From a virus: a DNA stretch of 64,000 nucleotides. Positions 17,836 to 26,793 of the stretch are shown in pieces. Position 1 is the stretch's first letter. Each line of letters opens with the position of its first letter. The position numbers and the translations under genes were made by a program. The notes under the pieces are model-generated. The model ran no database searches and was not told the DNA's origin. It saw nothing but the letters and a program-made list of their open reading frames with translations. The stretch spans positions 1 to 64,000 of IMG/VR virus record IMGVR_UViG_3300020462_000001. The stretch is one strand, 5' to 3'.

Positions 17836-18747
17836 TCAGTTAGGGATAACAGTCCAGTCTTTGGGATACAGATCCCTACAATCATTCACAGCCTCCAGAA
17901 CAGGTCCATACCAATGCTCAGGAACCACCACAGGTTGGGTTCTACCCTTCTGTAACCACGCTCCCCACCACCCTAGGGTAGAAGAGGATAGGATAGCTCC
18001 ATCACACAGAGACATGAGACACAGGTCGGTGTAGGGAACCTTAGATCGACGATGAGAACCATCACCCTCTAAACATAGATGATCATATTCTGGAACATCT
18101 GTATTCACTAGGAACCTTTCATCATCAAAGAACTCTTGTTCTGCACACCACTCTGGATCATCAGAACAAACCAACACATAAGAATCATCTGGGAATAATT
18201 CCAGAGCCCTCTTATAGTAATCGAATGTCATCATCCGATAGTGATCCTCACGGCCCACGTTATCTCCGCGACGAACATGGAGATAATGAATACTCTCAAA
18301 ATTACTGATAAACTCATTACAAGGTTCTAATACTTCTGGTTTAAATGAGAGATCTTGAAGAAGCTCATTACGAATGTGTTTGAAATACCTTTCAGTTTGA
18401 AGATATCCATCGAGGTTAGATCCATCCTCAAAATTGTTGAACAGATCCTCATCAAAATTATAACAACTCTCAGTTACGTTTGTGGTCTGAGGGTTTAAAT
18501 GTTTTAGGTGATCAAAGGAGAACATTGCCTGAGGGGACACATTCTCATTCACAAAACCAATATTCTTTTCAGACATATTAGTCATGTTGAATGGGTGGTG
18601 CATCCCATAGTTGGCATATGTCTCATGAGAATCAGGAGGAATACACCAGTCATACCCATGATGGGCTGCAATACCTCTCAGAGATGCATACTGAAAGAGT
18701 TGGTTTCCGAAACGACCATTCGTTCCGAGACGATCATATCCAATCAT
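17836..18747 (-). CDS. Glycosyltransferase family 11
   Basis: GRFGNQLFQYA, HVRRGD, SSTLGWWGAWL. Confidence 0.92.
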   Translation of the reverse strand: MIGYDRLGTNGRFGNQLFQYASLRGIAAHHGYDWCIPPDSHETYANYGMHHPFNMTNMSEKNIGFVNENVSPQAMFSFDHLKHLNPQTTNVTESCYNFDEDLFNNFEDGSNLDGYLQTERYFKHIRNELLQDLSFKPEVLEPCNEFISNFESIHYLHVRRGDNVGREDHYRMMTFDYYKRALELFPDDSYVLVCSDDPEWCAEQEFFDDERFLVNTDVPEYDHLCLEGDGSHRRSKVPYTDLCLMSLCDGAILSSSTLGWWGAWLQKGRTQPVVVPEHWYGPVLEAVNDCRDLYPKDWTVIPN

Positions 18748-19898
18748 AGGTTTACAATAAAAATGTCTTCAGTGATGTTGAATGTGTTATCAACGAATCT
18801 TACCTTGTCACCATAGGTTTTGTCAAGATACTCAGAGACCTGAGGTGTGACTCTCCTGTCATTCTGAATATAAACCTTGTGTCCTCTATCTAGAAGGTCT
18901 AGAGCTAAACGATATTGTTGACTCTCTGAAAGGATGTCTGTTCCTTTCTTGTATGTGATGTATTCAAAGTAGAATGGCTTCCTGTTCACATTCATTGTAT
19001 CCCAATAATCACACACAATCTTTGCATGCTCATTATTGAAACCATCTGTAACATACCCTAGGTTATATTCCAGTCCAACACCCTTAGCAAAGTGTGCAAA
19101 GGCTCTGTTGTCTCTAGGGAGACAAGGGCCACCATATCCAAGACCCCAGTTGAGATACTTTCTACCAATCCTACTATCAGTACCAACTGCTCTCAGAACT
19201 GCTGTGATCTCATCACCACAACCAGCCATGTTTAGAACATCTCCCAACATATTAGCGTAACTAATCTTTGTTGTGAGGAAACAATTCACTGCAATCTTTG
19301 TGATCTCTGCTGACTTTGTACTCATAGTACAAACAATAGATCTTGTTGTTTGAATCTTCCTATAGAGATCTTCAATCTCTCTAACCATATCAGAGTGTTC
19401 TTCGTTCTGATCAATACCAAGAAGAACCATATCAGCCTTCTTGAGATCACTCACAATGCTACCCTGTGCAATAAACTCAGGGTTATAGAACACTTTCACA
19501 TTGGAAGGAAGTTGTTTCTTGAAGTTATCACAATCACCAGGATTAGTAGTGCAACCAATCACCAGATGTTTTTTCTTTTCAACATCAGCAAACTCTTCTA
19601 TTACCTGCCATACAGCAGATACATCATAAGATCCATTATCACATGATGGGGTTGCAACCAAAGTGTAGATGAGATCACACTCATCAATCACCTCTCTGTT
19701 ATTTGTTGTTGCTCTAAAGTTCTTTGATACTCTAAGTAGATCTTCTACTTCTGGTTCATTAGTTACAATCTTTCTATTGTTAAGATCACTTACATAATCC
19801 TCTCTAATATCTGATACCAGTACTTCATACCCTGATTGTTCACAAAGAAGGGCAAAGCAGATACCTAATCTACCTGCCCCAATAACTCCAATTTTCAT
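18744..19898 (-). CDS. ugd: UDP-glucose/GDP-mannose 6-dehydrogenase
   Basis: GAGRLG, NPEF, AEITK, GYGGPCLPRD. Confidence 0.9.
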   Translation of the reverse strand: MKIGVIGAGRLGICFALLCEQSGYEVLVSDIREDYVSDLNNRKIVTNEPEVEDLLRVSKNFRATTNNREVIDECDLIYTLVATPSCDNGSYDVSAVWQVIEEFADVEKKKHLVIGCTTNPGDCDNFKKQLPSNVKVFYNPEFIAQGSIVSDLKKADMVLLGIDQNEEHSDMVREIEDLYRKIQTTRSIVCTMSTKSAEITKIAVNCFLTTKISYANMLGDVLNMAGCGDEITAVLRAVGTDSRIGRKYLNWGLGYGGPCLPRDNRAFAHFAKGVGLEYNLGYVTDGFNNEHAKIVCDYWDTMNVNRKPFYFEYITYKKGTDILSESQQYRLALDLLDRGHKVYIQNDRRVTPQVSEYLDKTYGDKVRFVDNTFNITEDIFIVNL

Positions 19899-20635
19899 AG
19901 TTTAAATGTGGGAATAGGATTCATCTTATGCTTATTCATGGCGTTGAAATCATGAAGGATACGAACCGCTGGGCCATTTCCATGTTCCATTGCGTATTCT
20001 AGATCTTCATATGAGGCTCCTAGTTGATCCTCATCAGTTCTACCATCATCCCATAATCCATCAGTTGGTTTAGCTTCAACAATCCTAGAATCAATACCTA
20101 AAGATTTTCCAAGTTCCCATACTTCAGTCTTATAAAGATCTGCGATTGGTGCAACATCAACACCACCATCACCATATTTAGTATAGAAGCCTACACCATA
20201 GTCTTCAACTTTGTTTCCAGTTCCAACTACCAGACCTTTATTATTTCCAGCAACCTGATAGAGAGTCACCATACGAAGACGAGAACGAGTATTAGCAAGA
20301 GAATGATTACCACTGCCATGACTTCCTAAATCCTTTTTGAATGTCTCAAAGGTATTGGTCAAATCAAACCTAAGAGTAGACACATTACTAAAGTTATTTT
20401 CTAACCACAGAAGATGTGCTTCTGATAGGTCTTTCTGTTCTTCATTCTGATGAATAGGCATCCCTACAGCAAACACTTTCTTACCAGTACTTGCTGCTAG
20501 AGTTGAGGATACTGCGGAATCAATACCACCAGATACACCAATCACCCAACTTTCTGATCCTGAATTATCAGAATACTCATTCAACCAATTAACAATACGA
20601 TCACGAAGTTCTGTGTAATCACTGATTCTGTTCAT
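19895..20635 (-). CDS. nadE: NH3-dependent NAD+ synthetase
   Basis: SGGIDS PP-loop, NTRSRLRM, GTGNKVE, GFYTKYGDG, PTDGL, TDEDQLG. Confidence 0.93.
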   Translation of the reverse strand: MNRISDYTELRDRIVNWLNEYSDNSGSESWVIGVSGGIDSAVSSTLAASTGKKVFAVGMPIHQNEEQKDLSEAHLLWLENNFSNVSTLRFDLTNTFETFKKDLGSHGSGNHSLANTRSRLRMVTLYQVAGNNKGLVVGTGNKVEDYGVGFYTKYGDGGVDVAPIADLYKTEVWELGKSLGIDSRIVEAKPTDGLWDDGRTDEDQLGASYEDLEYAMEHGNGPAVRILHDFNAMNKHKMNPIPTFKL

Positions 20636-21674
20636 TGATCTGTCCCTTAATCCATTCATATGTTTTACGAATCCCTTCTTCAAGGGTTTGTTCGTAGTCC
20701 CATCCTAACTCACGACGGACTACATCATTGTTACTATTCCTACCACGGACACCCAAAGGTGCATCCATTTTATGATTTCTCTTGATAGGTTTACCTGCCA
20801 CTCTGGAAGTGATGTCAGTCAAATCATTGATAGTCACCATCTCTTCTGATCCAATATTGACAGGACCAATAAAGTCACTATCCATTAGACGACGAGAGGC
20901 TTCAATACACTCATCAATATAGAGGAATGAACGAGTCTGTTCTCCATCACCCCATACTTCAATGTGACCACCAACATCAGGAAGTAGTGCTACCTTTCTA
21001 CAGATTGCTGCTGGTGCCTTCTCTCTCCCCCCGTCCCAGGTTCCTTCTGGTCCGAAAATATTATGATATCGAGTAACCCGTACAGGAATACCATGATTAC
21101 GATGATAAGCAAAGTAGAGGCGCTCAGAGAAGAGCTTTTCCCATCCGTATTCTGAATCTGGGTTTGCTGGGTATGCGGATTCTTCACGGCAATCTGGATT
21201 GTTGGGATCTAGTTGATTGTGTTCTGGGTACATACATGCTGACCCAGAATAGAAGATCTTAGTATAGTTTCTACCAGTACTCTCGTTTCTCTTTCTCTGT
21301 TCTTCCAATACATTCAGGTTAATGGTAACAGAGTTGTGCATGATGTCTGCATCATTCTCACCAGAGAATACAAACCCGGCACCACCCATGTCAGCAGCAA
21401 ACTGATAGATCTCATCAAAGGAATGAATATATCTTTCAGGAACTGAATGATAGAAGTTACCACGATCTCCTTTGTATTGGAGAACACGTTGAACAAAATA
21501 TACATCTCTCAGGTCACCCTGAACAAACTCATCAGCCTCAGTATTTGAATACTCAGGATACTTAAGATCCACACCACGAACCCAGTATCCTTCAGACTTA
21601 AGTCTCTTAACCATATGGGATCCAATAAATCCACCAGCACCAAGTACAAGTGCCTTCTTACGATATTGCGTCAT
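20619..21674 (-). CDS. GDP-mannose 3,5-epimerase-like SDR
   Basis: GAGGFIGSH, AADMGGAGF, SACMYP, YGWEK, GGREKAPAAICRK. Confidence 0.9.
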   Translation of the reverse strand: MTQYRKKALVLGAGGFIGSHMVKRLKSEGYWVRGVDLKYPEYSNTEADEFVQGDLRDVYFVQRVLQYKGDRGNFYHSVPERYIHSFDEIYQFAADMGGAGFVFSGENDADIMHNSVTINLNVLEEQRKRNESTGRNYTKIFYSGSACMYPEHNQLDPNNPDCREESAYPANPDSEYGWEKLFSERLYFAYHRNHGIPVRVTRYHNIFGPEGTWDGGREKAPAAICRKVALLPDVGGHIEVWGDGEQTRSFLYIDECIEASRRLMDSDFIGPVNIGSEEMVTINDLTDITSRVAGKPIKRNHKMDAPLGVRGRNSNNDVVRRELGWDYEQTLEEGIRKTYEWIKGQINEQNQ

Positions 21675-21718
21675 TCAGAATAAAGTATTTACCTAGTATG
21701 TATTATACCACATTAAAC

Positions 21719-24508
21719 TCAAAGTGAAGACTTTAAAGTCTGGATTTCAGATCTCATCTCCTCAATTTCTTTCTGTTGGTCTTTGATCGCTTCAATTAAA
21801 AGACCCACCATGTTTCCATAAGAAACTGTTTTGAGGTCTTGTAAAGCATCAGGATTTTTCTCTGACCTTGCATCTTGAGTTTGTACAACTTCTGGCAACA
21901 CTTCTTCAATCTCTTGTGCGATCACTCCCATACTTGACTCACCAGTATCTTTCCTATCAAAGTAGACACCACGTATAGCCTTTACCTTATCTAATGCACC
22001 ATCCACTGTACGAATATTCTCTTTGAGACGAACATCAGAATAAGCAGTTAGATTACCAGTAGCAGTCGCATTGCCATTATTGTCGCATCTTAAACTCCAA
22101 CTACCGGCGTTATTTAATATTCCAATCTGATTGGTAGAATCAGCATAAAAATACCCATTGACATTGGCGGATCCAGTGACGACTTTAATCCCGTTAGAAG
22201 TGCTATTGTTTCGTATCCTGAGATACTGGTTATCCAAATATAAGTGATAAGCGTAATTATTCGGCCAATAAAGTCCATGGTCATTACTTACTTCTATCCA
22301 AGTATTGGCATTCCAATAATTGTTACCAGTTTTGCCCATATAGTTGCTACCTTGGACACCATCAAGAGTATCAGCATCTAATCCTGAACCAGATCCATCA
22401 TTACCAGCGTGCCAAACTGCATTGCTAGATCCAATATAAACACCACCAGATGAATTGTAATTAAGGTGCAGAGAATTATCACTTTGGGCACTAATTGAGT
22501 TGTAATAGGCTCCATATCCAACCTGAAGATTGCCTAGTATCGCTCCACTGCTTCCACCAGTTGATGAATTATTAATAGATCCAGTTATTGATAAAGTGCC
22601 AGTGAAAGTGTCACTGGTATCAGACCTTAAGAAACTTGCACCTTGAATACCATCAAGAGTATCAGCATCCAATCCAGATCCAGAACCGTCGTTGCCACTA
22701 TTCCATACGGTCCTCCACGACTGCCACGTTCCATTATTCTTGCCACGGAGAGATATATTACCAGTACGATAATCACCATATATTTGATGAACCCATGAAG
22801 TGCTATATGCTTGTGAGTATAGAGCGCCATCACCTTGTCCGTACAGAGATATTGAATTTATGTACCCAGTCCCGTTAACGGTAACGTTATCAGGTGAAGT
22901 TACATTAGTACTATTACCATTTCGGAAACTTATTCCGTCAATATTAGTTGCACTACTAACAGATATTGAACCAATATCGCTTGTTTTAACATAATCAGAA
23001 CCCTGAAGCCCATCAAGAGTATCAGCATCTAATCCTGAACCAGATCCATCGTTGGAAGAGTTCCACATTGTGGCCCAGCCAGTATAGGTACCTCCCCACA
23101 CACCTCTTAGATAGCAATATGCAGGATTACCAGCTCCGACCAGGAATTGGTGACCGTATACGTTTGACCCGTTTGTGTAGTGTATTGATTGATGACCAAC
23201 CCAGTGACTAGTTTGAGTAGAAGGTTGATTGCCTGGTGAGCTCCAACCTTCAATGTGGCCAGATCCGTAATGAGAAACAGTGTTAAAATCATTATTTCCC
23301 CATCCCATCGTACCAACCCAATAGTTGGTATCAGATGTCTGTTGTTCTCTGCCTTGAAAACCAGTTTTAGCAGTTACGTTCATCAAAGAACGGAAGGATG
23401 CTAGGTCTACATATCTCAAGTAACCGTCATCTGAACAATACATCCTGTTCGGGATAGCACTGCTATTGTCACCTGAAGTTGTGTTAATCCAACCTGTCAG
23501 GAGGTAACCATTGCTGTCAGTTTTTACAACCCTGTCGGCGTTTTCATTTCTTCCACCTGTTTCAACGTGATACCCATCAAGTAAATCAGCGTCTAGCGCA
23601 GACCCTGAACCATCGTTTCCTGAGTGCCAAACAGTATAGTCAGAACCACCAACCCTTACTTGGAGTTCACCGTCAACATACTTACGAAGATCCCATCCTC
23701 CCCAGTTACTATTTAAGAATCCATATGATGGTGTAGAGGCGTGATTATGTCCATATAACTGCATTACCCAGTTATTGGAACCGTTAAAAATGCTTATTCC
23801 TGCATCTGTGGAAGCAGTAGTCCCTCCACGAAGTTTAAGATTTTGAGTAACATTAGTTCCTGTTGGCGCTAAAAATCCATTGATAGTTAGGTTTCCAGAA
23901 TATGTGTCATCTGCATCAGACCTTAAGAATGACGAGCTATCAATACTATCTAATGTTGATGCGTTAATCTGTCCGGTTAAAGATCCAACACCATCACCTG
24001 AGTCAACATTCAAGTTTCCCCCGGATGCCTTAACAGTCCAAGATCTTGTTCCACTCTGGTCAAAACCTAATCTACTTCCGTTTAGGATGAGTAGTCCAGA
24101 ATCTCCAGTGCTATTAAGATTTCCTCTACTTCCAAATCCCTGACCATCATCATCAGTATCAGACCTTAAGAAACTTCCACTATCAATACTATCTAATGTT
24201 GTCGCATTCACATCAGTCAGGTTAGCACCAGAACCACTAATATCAATACCAGTAAGGTTTGAACCGTCACCATAATAAATTGCACCAGTTACAACGCCGC
24301 ATGTGGCAATTCCAGTAACTGTAATGTCTGAAAAGAGATTATGAGAATTTCCTAAGGTACCGATAAATGCACCAGTAGCTGTAATATTCCTAGCAACAAT
24401 ATCAATGCTAGGAACAACACCAAATTCGCTTCCCTGGCTGATCATATCATCTACAGTTGTGCTCCCAAAGCCAACTGTAGTATCTACATAAGAATAATAT
24501 CTTGGCAT
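21719..24508 (-). CDS. Tail fibre protein with C-terminal intramolecular chaperone (peptidase S74)
   Basis: Repeated WxxGNDGSGSGLDADxLDG linkers; YSDVRLKENI, GVIAQE, VSYGNMVGLLIEAIK; late promoter GATAAATA at 24529-24536. Confidence 0.92.
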   Translation of the reverse strand: MPRYYSYVDTTVGFGSTTVDDMISQGSEFGVVPSIDIVARNITATGAFIGTLGNSHNLFSDITVTGIATCGVVTGAIYYGDGSNLTGIDISGSGANLTDVNATTLDSIDSGSFLRSDTDDDGQGFGSRGNLNSTGDSGLLILNGSRLGFDQSGTRSWTVKASGGNLNVDSGDGVGSLTGQINASTLDSIDSSSFLRSDADDTYSGNLTINGFLAPTGTNVTQNLKLRGGTTASTDAGISIFNGSNNWVMQLYGHNHASTPSYGFLNSNWGGWDLRKYVDGELQVRVGGSDYTVWHSGNDGSGSALDADLLDGYHVETGGRNENADRVVKTDSNGYLLTGWINTTSGDNSSAIPNRMYCSDDGYLRYVDLASFRSLMNVTAKTGFQGREQQTSDTNYWVGTMGWGNNDFNTVSHYGSGHIEGWSSPGNQPSTQTSHWVGHQSIHYTNGSNVYGHQFLVGAGNPAYCYLRGVWGGTYTGWATMWNSSNDGSGSGLDADTLDGLQGSDYVKTSDIGSISVSSATNIDGISFRNGNSTNVTSPDNVTVNGTGYINSISLYGQGDGALYSQAYSTSWVHQIYGDYRTGNISLRGKNNGTWQSWRTVWNSGNDGSGSGLDADTLDGIQGASFLRSDTSDTFTGTLSITGSINNSSTGGSSGAILGNLQVGYGAYYNSISAQSDNSLHLNYNSSGGVYIGSSNAVWHAGNDGSGSGLDADTLDGVQGSNYMGKTGNNYWNANTWIEVSNDHGLYWPNNYAYHLYLDNQYLRIRNNSTSNGIKVVTGSANVNGYFYADSTNQIGILNNAGSWSLRCDNNGNATATGNLTAYSDVRLKENIRTVDGALDKVKAIRGVYFDRKDTGESSMGVIAQEIEEVLPEVVQTQDARSEKNPDALQDLKTVSYGNMVGLLIEAIKDQQKEIEEMRSEIQTLKSSL
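22359..22399. repeat. 41-bp perfect repeat in tail fibre (second copy at 23010-23050)
   Basis: ccatcaagagtatcagcatctaatcctgaaccagatccatc at both positions; degenerate copies near 22650 and 23575. Confidence 0.9.
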
Positions 24509-24543
24509 TTATCTGATACTTTTTTAGATATTTATCTAGTATA

Positions 24544-24768
24544 TCAAATAGTCATCTTTCTACCAAGTCTAACAATCAAATCATCCAACCTAGCTTCTAC
24601 ATCACCACTAACTGGAGCCGATGCAGGAGCTTCATGTTTGTGTGAAGACAATTCTTCTTTGATCTCCTTTACTGCTGCTTCCAAAACTTTAAGTCTGGCT
24701 TCAACTTCAACATCATACTTTGACATTGCTGCTCCAGTAGAGGAGACACTTGCTTTACCCGCTGCCAT
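24544..24768 (-). CDS. Small coiled-coil late protein
   Basis: MSKYDVEVEARL; late promoter CATAAATA at 24792-24799. Confidence 0.8.
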   Translation of the reverse strand: MAAGKASVSSTGAAMSKYDVEVEARLKVLEAAVKEIKEELSSHKHEAPASAPVSGDVEARLDDLIVRLGRKMTI

Positions 24769-24802
24769 TTTGTTTAGTTAATAACTGCAGATATTTATGC
24801 AC

Positions 24803-24826
24803 AAAAAAGAGACCCAGAGGGTCTCA
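24803..24826 (-). terminator. Rho-independent terminator
   Basis: GAGACCC-TCT-GGGTCTC followed by T6. Confidence 0.8.
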
Positions 24827-24843
24827 GTGCCGACGCGCCAGGG

Positions 24844-25089
24844 CTAGTTTTGAGACGATACCGAGTCTTTTACATAACAATTAACCCCATCAGAATCCAA
24901 CCACTTTGGATATTCAGGATCTTCTATAGCAAGAAGTAGTTGATCTCCATTGTCAAACAGATAGATATCAGAGTAGTTTTTATTATACTCGTTTACTTTC
25001 TGTAGACGAAAGTCTGGTTTACCATTCAATTCAATGTGACCCTTTTGAACAAATCGATAAGGATACCGTTCATGGATTACAGTAGTCAT
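24844..25089 (-). CDS. Conserved cyanophage hypothetical protein
   Basis: MTTVIHERYPYRFV...NGKPDFRLQK...KWLD; ATGA overlap with upstream gene. Confidence 0.8.
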   Translation of the reverse strand: MTTVIHERYPYRFVQKGHIELNGKPDFRLQKVNEYNKNYSDIYLFDNGDQLLLAIEDPEYPKWLDSDGVNCYVKDSVSSQN

Positions 25090-25298
25090 ACATTCACACT
25101 TTCGAGATCTTCTGTTAGACATTCAATAAGTACATCATAGTCATCTAATGGATCACCAGAAAACTCAACACCGTCATTCTCATAAAATTTACGAACCTTT
25201 TTGAAAAGTTTTGGATTCTTTACGTCAAGGAAGAATTCTCCATTGGCTGCAGACCGGAGAGTTGTGATGTCTTTTTTGAACCTGGAAGTAACAGTCAT
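25086..25298 (-). CDS. Conserved cyanophage hypothetical protein
   Basis: LDVKNPKLFKKV...FSGDPLDDY; promoter TTGACC-18-TATAAT at 25321-25350. Confidence 0.85.
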   Translation of the reverse strand: MTVTSRFKKDITTLRSAANGEFFLDVKNPKLFKKVRKFYENDGVEFSGDPLDDYDVLIECLTEDLESVNV

Positions 25299-25378
25299 TT
25301 TTCTGTTTGTTTACTCTGTTATTATAATGGAATAAACCCTATAGGGTCAATTGCAAGGACAGTACTTGAACTGTCCAA

Positions 25379-25451
25379 TGCTGGTTGTGGGGATCGAACC
25401 CACTTTCTTTCTGTTATGAGCAGAGTGCAATTACCAAAGTGCTAAACCAGC
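25379..25451 (-). tRNA. tRNA with CAT anticodon (elongator Met or Ile2)
   Basis: GCTGGTT acceptor stem, CTCATAA anticodon loop, GTGGG-TTCGATC-CCCAC T arm; G1-C72, so not initiator. Confidence 0.88.
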
Positions 25452-25457
25452 CAATCA

Positions 25458-25628
25458 TTATGGTGCTTCATCGTGATCGACATACAATTGATATGCCTCA
25501 TCATCGATTGGCATCATCACAGCCGTATTGCCATTGTCATTAACTATACCCAGTGTCTCTCCATTCTCTACTCTCGTTATCAACTCATCCCACCTATCTT
25601 GAAACTCTTCTACTGAAAAAACTTCCAT
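25458..25628 (-). CDS. Phd/YefM-like small protein (56 aa)
   Basis: MEVFSVEEFQDRWDELITRVENGETLGIVNDNGNTAVMMPIDD..., matching the Phd N-terminal pattern. Confidence 0.7.
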   Translation of the reverse strand: MEVFSVEEFQDRWDELITRVENGETLGIVNDNGNTAVMMPIDDEAYQLYVDHDEAP

Positions 25629-25664
25629 CAATCTTTTGTAGTTGGTTTATTTATTATAACACAT

Positions 25665-26222
25665 TTACCTGAACCATCCAACCATAGTAATTCTGTTTCC
25701 TGATTTTAATGGAAGAACTCTATGGTATTTGTCTGAAGGAAACACAATGAAATCACCATAGTCAAACTTGCTTGTATGGACACTCTTATCTGATTTTCTA
25801 ATCTGAAAGTTTCCACCAGTATAATCTGACTTATTACTCAGACAATATACAATAGACAATCTACGATCACTACAATTCCCTTGGAAGTTATCAATGTGCC
25901 ACCCATAATGATCTCCTCCGGCTGAATACTTTGTGAATTGAATACATCCATCCCATTCATTTTTCACCTCAAAGTTCCAAATCATATCATTAACATTGTT
26001 TATGATTTTCTTCAGACCCACTTCAATGAAGTTTGAATGAAGAGTATCCAACCATGCAATTGAACATTTTCTTTCAACATGATTTGGAACTCTATCCTGA
26101 CCAACAGTTCCTTCTTCATATGACATGAATTCAGGACACGAATCAAGTATCTCTTGGGTAGCCCCAATCGTTCCCAGATTACCAATAAAGAAATCTTCTG
26201 TTATGATTCTCTTCTGTTTCAT
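25665..26222 (-). CDS. 2OG-Fe(II) oxygenase
   Basis: YGWHID, YTGGNF, VFPS, HRV, RITMVGW. Confidence 0.9.
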   Translation of the reverse strand: MKQKRIITEDFFIGNLGTIGATQEILDSCPEFMSYEEGTVGQDRVPNHVERKCSIAWLDTLHSNFIEVGLKKIINNVNDMIWNFEVKNEWDGCIQFTKYSAGGDHYGWHIDNFQGNCSDRRLSIVYCLSNKSDYTGGNFQIRKSDKSVHTSKFDYGDFIVFPSDKYHRVLPLKSGNRITMVGWFR

Positions 26223-26225
26223 GAG

Positions 26226-26537
26226 TTATTTAAGAGTCCACTTACATACATCACGATGGTTTACATCACCACCAAAGTATCCATTAATCTCAGTCTTTGA
26301 TTTCTCTTCAAGCACACTATCGTTCTTAGCTAAGAGATATGAAAGACAAGGTTTGATCAATTCAGAACGAACACTATTTTTTGTAACAACAGATTCTGAT
26401 TTAGAAACAGATTCTACGGAAGAAGCACGAACTAATTCAGTTATAGCTCCCAATGAACCACTAATGGCAAGTGCTACAGGAAGTCCTACACCTGCAATTG
26501 CCACACTACGGACAATACCGGACACATTTAAATCCAT
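26226..26537 (-). CDS. Hypothetical membrane-anchored protein
   Basis: N-terminal hydrophobic helix, two Cys. Confidence 0.7.
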   Translation of the reverse strand: MDLNVSGIVRSVAIAGVGLPVALAISGSLGAITELVRASSVESVSKSESVVTKNSVRSELIKPCLSYLLAKNDSVLEEKSKTEINGYFGGDVNHRDVCKWTLK

Positions 26538-26582
26538 GATAAATCAAAACAATATTGGAATGTGAAGATGATCAATCTCCAA

Positions 26583-26656
26583 AGCCTCCGACCCGACTTG
26601 AACGGGTGACCTGCTGTTTACAAAACAGCTGCTCTATCCAACTGAGCTACAAAGGC
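26583..26656 (-). tRNA. tRNA-Thr(TGT)
   Basis: GCCTTTGTAGCTCAGTTGGATAGAGCAGCTGTTTTGTAAACAGCAGGTCACCCGTTCAAGTCGGGTCGGAGGCT cloverleaf. Confidence 0.95.
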
Positions 26657-26658
26657 AA

Positions 26659-26732
26659 CGGGTCAGGAGGGACTCGAACCCCCGACCAATTCATTAGAAG
26701 TGAATTGCTCTATCCATCTGAGCTACTGACCC
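26659..26732 (-). tRNA. tRNA-Arg(TCT)
   Basis: GGGTCAGTAGCTCAGATGGATAGAGCAATTCACTTCTAATGAATTGGTCGGGGGTTCGAGTCCCTCCTGACCCG cloverleaf. Confidence 0.95.
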
Positions 26733-26765
26733 AATAGGTTGAGTGGTTTCCCTCTCAACTCTTAT

Positions 26766-26793
26766 ATTATACACCTTATTGGGAAGGTGTCAA
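26766..26793 (-). promoter_or_regulatory. sigma70 promoter for tRNA operon, TTGACA-16-TATAAT
   Basis: Consensus hexamers. Confidence 0.8.

Noticed and set aside
21719-24508. Diversity-generating retroelement acting on the tail fibre
   Set aside because: The repeats encode conserved linkers, show no adenine-specific differences, and no reverse transcriptase is in the window
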